Sequence record: NC_041916.1
Strand: one strand, 5' to 3'
Length of the DNA stretch: 64,000 nucleotides
Shown: one piece after another, positions 9,474-17,446 of the stretch
Numbering within the stretch: position 1 is the first letter of the stretch
Layout: the number at the start of each line of letters is the position of its first letter
Translations under genes and position numbers: made by a program
Notes under the pieces: model-generated
Seen by the model: only the letters and a program-made list of their open reading frames with translations
Database searches by the model: none
Told to the model about the DNA's origin: nothing

Positions 9474-10457
9474 TCAGTTATCAAATGGATCAAAGTCCGT
9501 ACTGTTAGATGGTACACGCGGTTGAGGATTACCGAGATCTTCCACTACTTCGTATTCTGGTGGAGTCCATTCACCTGAGGTCAAGATCTCCATGAAACGA
9601 AGTTGGTATTCGTTAAGTGCACGTTTGTGGTAGATAGAAGAGAAAACACCTTCTGCCATTTCCCAGTCGGCATGAATGGCTGGATTCAGGCCATAGATGT
9701 CACGACAGTAAACCAACGAGCGTTTAATGAAAGGTACCACATGGTATTTTTCGTAGAACCACTCTGGAATCAGATCAGTCACGGTAAGGGACTCGTCACT
9801 GATGTGTTCTTTGATTAGCTGAGACGTAGCAGAGATCAACTCTTGAGCACGGTGTGAATCACCAGTCTCTTCCGCAGAAGCTGCGTTAGTAAACGACTTG
9901 TGTGCCAAATCAAGCACGTACTGTTCTTTAGGAGTGAACGGCGCACGAGATAATGGTGGAACAACGAAAAGCGGTTTGCCTTCGTCATCTGTGATCACCA
10001 CACCACGTTGATGCCCGTGAGTCAACTTACCCCAAGTTGTTGCATCGAAATAGTTCGACGTACCAACAAACCCCAAAGCAAACTGATCAAGCCAACGCTG
10101 AACAAAAGTAGATTCGGTCATGGTACTATCAGAGATGATGTACGTACCCGCTTCATCACGAATAGAACGCATGCCATCGATGAGTTCAATCTTCAGGTTA
10201 CCAATCCAGCCGAAATCTTCTTTTAGACGGGCTTTATGCTTTTCATTGTTAACTTCGACACGCGACAGATACTCATACTCATTGTTTTCTGGGATAATGT
10301 CGTCATCGTCTTCATCGGACAAGGAATCAGACTCAGTATCGTCACCAGACACAGTTTCGGCATCATCTTGTACCTCTTCTTTTTCTACGGCGGTTGCTTC
10401 AGAAACTTCGTGTAGCTCAGTTTGTTCTTCGTTTTCAAATTGGTCTTGCTGTTGCAT
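9474..10457 (-). CDS. Hypothetical protein with a highly acidic N-terminal ~60 aa
   Basis: 327-aa ORF overlapping the upstream stop; the N-terminus is D/E-rich (DDTESDSLSDEDDDD). Confidence 0.75.
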   Translation of the reverse strand: MQQQDQFENEEQTELHEVSEATAVEKEEVQDDAETVSGDDTESDSLSDEDDDDIIPENNEYEYLSRVEVNNEKHKARLKEDFGWIGNLKIELIDGMRSIRDEAGTYIISDSTMTESTFVQRWLDQFALGFVGTSNYFDATTWGKLTHGHQRGVVITDDEGKPLFVVPPLSRAPFTPKEQYVLDLAHKSFTNAASAEETGDSHRAQELISATSQLIKEHISDESLTVTDLIPEWFYEKYHVVPFIKRSLVYCRDIYGLNPAIHADWEMAEGVFSSIYHKRALNEYQLRFMEILTSGEWTPPEYEVVEDLGNPQPRVPSNSTDFDPFDN

Positions 10458-10860
10458 TTAGACGTCCTTGGTTGATAAGTTGGAAAGTTTGTCCCGAAAC
10501 CGTGACAGCGTGACCTAAGTCATACCATGCTTGATTGTAAAGTACCGAGACCTGAATATACAAATGGAAACGACCATCTCGTTCGTTATCGAATCCCTTA
10601 GCTTCAGCGGAGACCTCCACTCGTTCAAAAAGTTCTTCGAAATGAACCTTTAGGTTTTCTCGAACGTCATCGACTACACGTTGTTGAGAACCTTGTGCCT
10701 GCATTAACACCCACTCGAAAGAATTCGTTTTACCAATAGTCATACCTTGGCTACGACGAGCAGCGAACCAATAAGCAATATGTCGATCCATTGCGAGTTC
10801 CGGGGAATCTGTGATCTGCCCTAATGTGGACATGGTTCCTACGATAAACTCTTTACCCAT
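10435..10860 (-). CDS. Hypothetical protein, possibly gp25/GPW-like baseplate fold
   Basis: 141 aa with GGAG SD; the helix-helix-beta pattern (VRENLKVHFEELFERVEVSAE...FHLYIQVSV) resembles gp25-like proteins. Confidence 0.4.
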   Translation of the reverse strand: MGKEFIVGTMSTLGQITDSPELAMDRHIAYWFAARRSQGMTIGKTNSFEWVLMQAQGSQQRVVDDVRENLKVHFEELFERVEVSAEAKGFDNERDGRFHLYIQVSVLYNQAWYDLGHAVTVSGQTFQLINQGRLNATARPI

Positions 10861-10892
10861 AAAAACTCCAAAAAATAAAGGATAGTTAGGGA

Positions 10893-10914
10893 CCTCCTAC
10901 CCGAAGGTAGGAGG
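10893..10914 (-). terminator. Terminator hairpin with a cUUCGg loop
   Basis: Minus strand CCTCCTACC-TTCG-GGTAGGAGG, 8 nt after the stop of the 45-aa ORF. Confidence 0.7.
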
Positions 10915-10921
10915 AAGGATA

Positions 10922-11059
10922 TTACCAATTACCGTACTGAATAGCTACATATAAGCTAGATGCCATTAGCGCACAGATCGCACCGTTAGTACGGTACCAT
11001 ACTACTTTAGCAGGTTTAACGAATTTGTTAGCTTGTACGTTTACGTAATCTTTAGACAT
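10922..11059 (-). CDS. Small (45 aa) predicted membrane protein, absent from the ORF track
   Basis: MSKDYVNVQANKFVKPAKVVWYRTNGAICALMASSLYVAIQYGNW*. It has a GGAG SD, its own promoter motif upstream, a terminator downstream, high-expression codons (GCT, GTA, AAA, CGT) and a hydrophobic C-terminal segment. Confidence 0.75.
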   Translation of the reverse strand: MSKDYVNVQANKFVKPAKVVWYRTNGAICALMASSLYVAIQYGNW

Positions 11060-11096
11060 GATGAAATCTCCGAAATAATTTAAGTGATTGACTTTA

Positions 11097-11120
11097 CACC
11101 TAAGTTATATAGACTTCAAA
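11097..11120 (-). promoter_or_regulatory. Putative early promoter
   Basis: Minus strand TTTGAAGT-CTATATAAC-TTAGGTG; 16 nt (CACCTAAGTTATATAG on plus) are identical to the chimallin promoter. Confidence 0.65.
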
Positions 11121-11131
11121 TAAACTCCATG

Positions 11132-11602
11132 TCAATTTTGACTTACTGATAAAATTGGTGTTTGCTCAGGTTCTACAAAGATCAAACAATTCTTGAAGAA
11201 CTGCTGACGACCTTTGTCATCACGGACGATATCGCCATTCTTTCGCACTGGACGTTTCACCATCTCGTGAGTAAAACGAAAGGTGGGTTTTTCTGAACTT
11301 AGTAACAACTGACCTAAGCTGATTTTACCATCTCCCAGAGTCACCGTTGGGTTATGAGAATCGGCAGTGGTAACAAATGCGGTCAAGTTACCTTGTTTGT
11401 CGTAATTAAAATCACGAAGTTTTAATACGGCATGTTTAGGGGTGACATGATCGTTGATAGGACGACCATACTCGACTAACAGGAAACGTTTCTTTTCAGG
11501 ACGTTTCTTTAGTGAACGGAGTAACTTAATTACTCCTAGTGATAAGTCTTCCTTTTTAAAGACTACCAGACGACGACAATTTCTTATACTTAAGTGATCC
11601 AT
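11132..11602 (-). CDS. Hypothetical basic protein (156 aa)
   Basis: Long ORF with AAGGT SD; K/R-rich; no recognised motif. Confidence 0.65.
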   Translation of the reverse strand: MDHLSIRNCRRLVVFKKEDLSLGVIKLLRSLKKRPEKKRFLLVEYGRPINDHVTPKHAVLKLRDFNYDKQGNLTAFVTTADSHNPTVTLGDGKISLGQLLLSSEKPTFRFTHEMVKRPVRKNGDIVRDDKGRQQFFKNCLIFVEPEQTPILSVSQN

Positions 11603-11629
11603 AAATTTACCTTTAAAAGATAAAGGGGA

Positions 11630-12280
11630 TTACTCCCCTTTTTCCTTATCCTTTGCTTCTTGTGCAGATTTACGCAACTCACCGCTACCGCTAGTAATGT
11701 CGAAGAGACTATTAGCAAGATAGTGGTTAGTCGCTCGGCGTGTAACCGCAAGGTCATAACGCTCACGCACACTTAACCCCACACCCGCCACGGAGTCGTA
11801 GTAGTGTTTAGTACGCGCAGTGTGAACGTCATCCACAGTATCGAGTTGGAGCATACCATGCATTTGACGACGGTAGTAGATGTTGTCTTCACCCACTCCG
11901 GTACACCAACTGCTGAAGTCTCCTTCCCAACCGCTGAGTTCACCCTCTTGATACAACTCCATCACACCCGGCATAGCCATGATGTAATCACGCATAAATC
12001 CTTGAGAGGTTTGCAAACCTTCGATGGTCTGCACTCGACCGATATCGTAATAACCGATGGCGGTTTCCTGCTGACCTCGAATACGACTTGCTAAATCCCA
12101 AGCACGAGAACTAACAAAGTTATTAAAACCACTCATGAAGTCAGACGCACCATCACCCAACCAACCTCCAACACCTTGGATTTGGCTGTAGTTCATCTGA
12201 ATCATGTTTGCATAAGACTGCATTTGATTGTCGTGTACCACTCCGGCAGTACCCATGGAGAATGCTCGACAAATATTCAT
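11630..12280 (-). CDS. Conserved hypothetical protein translationally coupled to RNAP beta'
   Basis: 216 aa; its ATG overlaps the beta' stop codon (TAATG). Confidence 0.75.
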   Translation of the reverse strand: MNICRAFSMGTAGVVHDNQMQSYANMIQMNYSQIQGVGGWLGDGASDFMSGFNNFVSSRAWDLASRIRGQQETAIGYYDIGRVQTIEGLQTSQGFMRDYIMAMPGVMELYQEGELSGWEGDFSSWCTGVGEDNIYYRRQMHGMLQLDTVDDVHTARTKHYYDSVAGVGLSVRERYDLAVTRRATNHYLANSLFDITSGSGELRKSAQEAKDKEKGE

Positions 12281-13905
12281 TATTTGAACTCCAGTTTACG
12301 CATTACGTTATTGATGTTCATCAAGTTGGTCGACGGTTGTTTATAGTGTCGACTGATTGAGAACGGTTTGTTTTCATCAAATACCGATTGATGACCGAAT
12401 GCTCCATAACTCACCGCCTTAGATCTTAGATCAGGTAAGAAGAATAGGACCATCTGGTCACCATCAAAGTCAGCGTTAAAGTTGCTAACTGACAGTATTG
12501 GAAGTCCTATAGATTGGTCTCCCAGATCTCGTTTAATGCGGGCAAAGAATGTCCGACGAGAGAGATACTGGATGGACGGCATACGACCAGATTTACAAAC
12601 AATATCATTTCGTTCTTCATGGTAAGTAAAGAACGCATCGATGTCAGGGTCCAGATAATGTGCTGCACGAGCAATCTTTTCTAGTGCTGCGGTTGGACTG
12701 TATCCCTTACGATATAAATGAGAGAGAATGTGTTTCTCTAGTTGTGCCAAAGCCATAATCCAAGGTACTTCAATCATACCCGGATTGTGGATGCCGGTCT
12801 TAGACGTAATAACAGAACGCCCAGTTAACGGTAGTGACCCAGAAGCCACCAGTTTACGTGCTGCACCCGGTTTAGGGAATAAGAAGTCTTTCATCTGAGT
12901 GGCGTTTTGTGAGGATAAAGCAACAATGCCTTTACCTACACGGTTTACCGACTCATTGATGTCAAACTCATTCACCGTATAAAGATCGGTCGTGTCTTTG
13001 GTATCAGCGATGGACATGTAAGTTGAATCCATTTTGAGCTGGCTGGAAGACGCGTAACGTTCCTTACCTGATTTCTCAATAACCGTAGAGAGCTTATTAG
13101 GGACTGGTAAATACTTCGTGAACACTTCGTCCTTAAAGTCGATGTAACCGCACATGATCTCTTTGGCATCCGAGTTTTTGAGAGACGTGATCTTACGACC
13201 TTCGCCTAACAAAAAGTGCTCCATGATGGTATCAGCATGAACCACGAATTCATTGAGATCGAGTTTGTTCAAGAGCAAGCGTAAGTGAGATTGTAACTCC
13301 CTTAGTTTTTCTGAACTTTGTGAGTTCATCTTACGACGATAAGAAGGGTCAATGATGTACGTAATGATTTCGATTTTAGGAGATGCCGTAGCGATCTTCT
13401 GCAAAAAGGTACGATAGAACCCCGGGTTAATAAACGAATGAACTCCAGTAGGAAGGCGTAACCACACTTTGGTGGTCAACTCGGTATCAACCAAACGCTC
13501 TACTTGGTTACCACAGTTCTTACACACTCGTCCCGACCCAATTAAGTGATTCCCCTTTAACGGTTTATCACAACCACAAGAAGCAGTTGTCTCAAAGGTG
13601 TCGGTGTCAAAATCCATTCGGATTAGTTTTTCTAGTCGCTCTCGGTCTTCTTCCAAACAAAAATCAAAATCGTTCAGATAGATAGGCTGAGACTTAGACG
13701 TATCATGAGCGAAATCGTAATTACGAAACGCTGGATACAGAGGAGCGTAATAAGACTGATCATCTAGAATACGATACCCCAGTTGTTGTTGGTATCTTTC
13801 AAATTGCTTAATCGGCAATAGGTCTTCAAATGATTCTCCAGCTAATACGTTAACTGCAATATCGTCGGTAACGTGTGACATTACAGGGTCTCCTTTTAAT
13901 GACAA
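12280..13905 (-). CDS. Non-virion RNA polymerase beta' N-terminal subunit (phiKZ gp55-56.1-like), uninterrupted
   Basis: Catalytic NADFDGD motif (NFNADFDGDQM), zinc-binding CGC...CKNC motif and a GRSVI motif; directly downstream of chimallin. Confidence 0.92.
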   Translation of the reverse strand: MSLKGDPVMSHVTDDIAVNVLAGESFEDLLPIKQFERYQQQLGYRILDDQSYYAPLYPAFRNYDFAHDTSKSQPIYLNDFDFCLEEDRERLEKLIRMDFDTDTFETTASCGCDKPLKGNHLIGSGRVCKNCGNQVERLVDTELTTKVWLRLPTGVHSFINPGFYRTFLQKIATASPKIEIITYIIDPSYRRKMNSQSSEKLRELQSHLRLLLNKLDLNEFVVHADTIMEHFLLGEGRKITSLKNSDAKEIMCGYIDFKDEVFTKYLPVPNKLSTVIEKSGKERYASSSQLKMDSTYMSIADTKDTTDLYTVNEFDINESVNRVGKGIVALSSQNATQMKDFLFPKPGAARKLVASGSLPLTGRSVITSKTGIHNPGMIEVPWIMALAQLEKHILSHLYRKGYSPTAALEKIARAAHYLDPDIDAFFTYHEERNDIVCKSGRMPSIQYLSRRTFFARIKRDLGDQSIGLPILSVSNFNADFDGDQMVLFFLPDLRSKAVSYGAFGHQSVFDENKPFSISRHYKQPSTNLMNINNVMRKLEFK

Positions 13906-13921
13906 AAAATTATAAAACGAT

Positions 13922-13954
13922 AAAAAGGAGTGGAGGACTTTCGCCCCCCACCCT
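13922..13954 (-). terminator. Terminator after chimallin
   Basis: Minus strand GGGTGGGGGGC-GAAA-GTCCTCCACTC then CTTTTT; the G-U pairs and GNRA loop fit the minus strand. Confidence 0.75.
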
Positions 13955-13977
13955 TAGAACTCACAACCTAAGGTTGC

Positions 13978-16086
13978 TTATGCGAATGTTACGCCAGATG
14001 GGTTACCTACTAGACCGCCGTTAGCTGCCATGTAAGCACCAGAAGCACCAGCCGCTGCCATTACTGCGAACTCTACTGATGGAGCGTAAATCGCAACGTT
14101 AGATGCGAATGTACCCATAGTACCAGAAGCGTTCAAGTTACCTAGTTTATCCATACATTGGCCTAGGAACTCAGCGAAGTCAGGAGCGATGTAGTAACGA
14201 CGAGCAGTACCAGTCATGTTCACATCATCGTTGATCAACGTTGGAAGCATAGTAGTCATTTTGTAACGACGTACAGCTTCTGGAGTTTGACCGTTGTCAC
14301 CGTAGATTGCACCTAGGTACTGAATCATTGGAGTTGAATCAGTTGGGCATAGACGGCTTAGGAACATTTCATCCACTTCTTCCAACGAGTGTAGTTGGCC
14401 GTTGTGTTTGAATGTACCCACTGGTAGGATGATAGAAGAAGCACAAAGGATAGGTTTATCCATTGTCCAACCTTTACCAGATTGACGGTTATCGTTGATA
14501 CGACGAGTCGCTTCACCATCAGTGATTGCATCAATCACTTTAACCACAGTCATCTTGTTCTCAGACGCTGTACCAGTCTTACCTGCTAGGTTAAGCAGGA
14601 AGTTGTGTAGCGCTGCTTCGTTACCGAACTCAGAAAGGTCGATAGCGTAAGATGCATGTGGAGCGATGTTACGACGAATCCAGCTAGACGTGAAGTCCAT
14701 GTCTTTAAGACGAGATTCGTTGATCTTGGTTTTGTCATCACGTTTTGGAAGTGCACCCATGATCATGTCATCGATACGACGTTCAATGTGAGACAAGTTA
14801 CCGCGAGCACCGTTAGACATCATGCGTAGTGGCTCAGTGAATAGGTGGTTGTGGTTCACTGTCATGTTAGCGTACAGACCCATCAACCAAGATGCGATAC
14901 CTGAGTTGTTACCCATTTGTGCTTGAGCACGAGCAGAGTTCATTACAACTACTGCTTGTAGTGGGTGGTAACCGTGTGGGTAAGCGTCCGCACCAGCAGT
15001 CAACATTGGGTTGAAGACTTGTGGTTGTTGACGGCTCATCAGGTTAGCTGTGTAAACTGCGAACGGAACACCGATTAGCTGTACAGTAGAGTAAGCCGTT
15101 ACAATACCGCGAGCTGCGTCTGTGTTGTATGGTTGACCTTCTTTAGGCGCTGTTTGTAGTTGAACAGTCATGTTCGCACCACAAGGTACACCGTCGATAG
15201 ACACTGGACCACCGTTTTGAGTTTTCACTGCTTCGATACGTGCTGTAGCTGACTTAGTCGCGCCGTAAGCATTTTTATCGATTTGACCTTTAGAGTCGAT
15301 GAACGGAGTTTTCAGTTCTTGCTGAGCTTTAACCATCGCTTTAGTTAGCGTGATTTTCATGCCACGTTCCCACTCATCTAGGATGACACCTGTAAGTAGT
15401 TGTGGTAGGCCAGCTTCTTTGTTTTCTGGAGTTTGGTAGTCTTCCAAGTTAATCACACGAGAAGTGATTAGTTGAACATCGTTTACGCCATCTGCACCGT
15501 AACGCAGTTTGATAGACTCCATGATGTTACGAACAACTTCACCAGTCATGTAACGGTTAGGTGCTTGTTTGATTTGCACTTTGCTAGGAGTGTTTTGACC
15601 TAGTACACCGTTAGTGTGAATCTCTTCAAGTTGAATCGCTAGTTCACGGTTAGAGAACATGATTGGAGCGATGATCATTGTGTTGCCTACGCGACGTGCT
15701 AGGATGATACCCGGCAGTACTGGAGACAAGTTAGAATCCATAGAAATGATTTCTTGCGGAATGATCGCTTGCAGAGCAGGTGCTAGAGAAGATTTACCTT
15801 TCTCTTCTTTAAAGTCGTTCAGTGCTTTCATCACGTCGTTCACAACAGGAACACTACGACCACCAGACATTACAGAGTTCATACCTAGAACTGATGCGAA
15901 GTCTAGAAGAGTTTGAGATTGTTTATTTGCTTGAGACATTTTAGCTGCTCCTTGTTGTGCAGTTTGAGAAGTGGTTGGTTGTTTTACAATTTGTTGTTGT
16001 GGAATCGGATTGTCAGAATGAGGGTCACTAGTATTTTCCTCATTTTTATTGATAATCTTTTCCCACTGGCTTTTACTAGAGACCAT
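13978..16086 (-). CDS. chmA: Chimallin, major phage nuclear shell protein (possible alternative start at 15939)
   Basis: Lies between the DNA polymerase/gp52-like genes and RNAP beta', like phiKZ gp54. Blocks fit my recollection of 201phi2-1 gp105 (LQAVVVMNSARA, SYAIDLSEFG, PIL..S.IILPVG, VNMTGTARRY). 653-702 aa with strong high-expression codon bias. Confidence 0.88.
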   Translation of the reverse strand: MVSSKSQWEKIINKNEENTSDPHSDNPIPQQQIVKQPTTSQTAQQGAAKMSQANKQSQTLLDFASVLGMNSVMSGGRSVPVVNDVMKALNDFKEEKGKSSLAPALQAIIPQEIISMDSNLSPVLPGIILARRVGNTMIIAPIMFSNRELAIQLEEIHTNGVLGQNTPSKVQIKQAPNRYMTGEVVRNIMESIKLRYGADGVNDVQLITSRVINLEDYQTPENKEAGLPQLLTGVILDEWERGMKITLTKAMVKAQQELKTPFIDSKGQIDKNAYGATKSATARIEAVKTQNGGPVSIDGVPCGANMTVQLQTAPKEGQPYNTDAARGIVTAYSTVQLIGVPFAVYTANLMSRQQPQVFNPMLTAGADAYPHGYHPLQAVVVMNSARAQAQMGNNSGIASWLMGLYANMTVNHNHLFTEPLRMMSNGARGNLSHIERRIDDMIMGALPKRDDKTKINESRLKDMDFTSSWIRRNIAPHASYAIDLSEFGNEAALHNFLLNLAGKTGTASENKMTVVKVIDAITDGEATRRINDNRQSGKGWTMDKPILCASSIILPVGTFKHNGQLHSLEEVDEMFLSRLCPTDSTPMIQYLGAIYGDNGQTPEAVRRYKMTTMLPTLINDDVNMTGTARRYYIAPDFAEFLGQCMDKLGNLNASGTMGTFASNVAIYAPSVEFAVMAAAGASGAYMAANGGLVGNPSGVTFA

Positions 16087-16162
16087 GACTGATCCTTACC
16101 GCGAGTTAAATATTCAATAACGTTATTAAACATTAAGTTATGAATTAATATCCATTGCTTAA

Positions 16163-16186
16163 CACCTAAGTTATATAGGACTGAAA
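16163..16186 (-). promoter_or_regulatory. Putative early promoter of chimallin
   Basis: Minus strand TTTCAGTC-CTATATAAC-TTAGGTG, about 80 nt upstream of the ORF start. Confidence 0.7.
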
Positions 16187-16305
16187 TATTTTAGCCTCAT
16201 CCCAAAAGGGACGATTTTATGTCTTAAATAACCAAATACTAGTCCTGATCACTCCAACCTTGCGGTCGGAGAAAGTTTTTATTTACATAGAATGGTAGCC
16301 AGTTT

Positions 16306-17412
16306 ATGCAAACACTATATACTGGGTTGAACTCTATCACAAATGCAGTTTACAGTTATAGTAATGTAAGTAACTTAAACCGAGTTTGTAGATTCAACCA
16401 AGAACAACTTAGACAAAGGGTGTTAAACACTTCGTATCGTTTAAACCACGCACATCCGTTAGTCGCTTTATTAGAGTTCATGCAAATCGACCCTAGTTGG
16501 GACGAAGAAGAACTGCACAGCGTTATCGACTTTAAAACCGAACGTTGGGCGAGTAACGCGAACGTGGTTGGTGTGTATAACTCAGGAAGATTGCAGAGAG
16601 GGGTCTTGTATCAAGAAGACTTTTCTGAGCTTCTAATATCTTTGCCACCGCAGTACAAGTTCACTGATTATCTCACCATGGATGAAAAAGTGATGTGTCC
16701 TTTTATTCCTGTCTATAGTGAATCCACCCAGTTAGACTTTAGACCTGTAAAAGATAAACCCCTCAGTGCGAAACCAACTAAGCTTGCCGTCATCGGTGTA
16801 GACTTTATGTGTCTCGCTGTCGCTTATTGGCGTTACCTGAAAGATTCTCAGGTTTACGGATTTGATGCGTCGCCTGAGAAGTGGTTGATTTACCCACTAA
16901 TGAACGCGCAAATCTTAGGGAACCGCTTAGTGGTGTTGAACGCTCTTTATAAAGGGGTAACTCAAGGTGTTAAACCGGAAGAGTTGGTCAGTGTACCTCG
17001 AACCACCTTCGCCATCAACCCTGTGGAAACGATGTTAAAACGTCACATAAAGGATTTACACAAACTGTTATCGCGTAACCCAATGCATAACATAGAACAC
17101 TTCCTAGGGTGCTTACAGACGCTGGATGACCTACCTACTCCAGAGGACAATCCAACCCAATGGATGTACCCGGGTCGATACGCCATGTATCTGAAATGTC
17201 GATGGACTTGGAACATCCCTTACATGCGTCTGCTGACCACGTATCTCCATTACAATAAATTGAGTCGTGCTAAAAACGGCGTGACCAAGAGTAACGTAGA
17301 ACGTTGGTTGCTCCAAGACGTTAAGCTTTCTACGGGTAACATCCGTAACCCTAGCTTAATCGAACGTTACGTTCAACTGAGAGACAAACTCGATAAAAGT
17401 GTGAACCTGTAA
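16306..17412 (+). CDS. Conserved Chimalliviridae protein (phiKZ gp52 position), probably virion-associated
   Basis: 368-aa plus-strand ORF, divergent from chimallin and convergent with the DNA polymerase; function inferred from synteny only. Confidence 0.6.
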   Translation: MQTLYTGLNSITNAVYSYSNVSNLNRVCRFNQEQLRQRVLNTSYRLNHAHPLVALLEFMQIDPSWDEEELHSVIDFKTERWASNANVVGVYNSGRLQRGVLYQEDFSELLISLPPQYKFTDYLTMDEKVMCPFIPVYSESTQLDFRPVKDKPLSAKPTKLAVIGVDFMCLAVAYWRYLKDSQVYGFDASPEKWLIYPLMNAQILGNRLVVLNALYKGVTQGVKPEELVSVPRTTFAINPVETMLKRHIKDLHKLLSRNPMHNIEHFLGCLQTLDDLPTPEDNPTQWMYPGRYAMYLKCRWTWNIPYMRLLTTYLHYNKLSRAKNGVTKSNVERWLLQDVKLSTGNIRNPSLIERYVQLRDKLDKSVNL

Positions 17413-17417
17413 GGTAG

Positions 17418-17443
17418 TCCCGTAGGGCGTAAGCCCTACGGGA
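17418..17443. terminator. Hairpin between convergent genes
   Basis: TCCCGTAGGGC-GTAA-GCCCTACGGGA, a perfect 11-bp stem. Confidence 0.75.
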
Positions 17444-17446
17444 TTA

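Noticed and set aside
12280-13905. Possible intron, intein or homing endonuclease in RNAP beta', DNA polymerase or terminase
   Set aside because: All three are continuous ORFs of expected size with no LAGLIDADG, HNH or intein motifs, unlike the interrupted phiKZ gp55-56.1.
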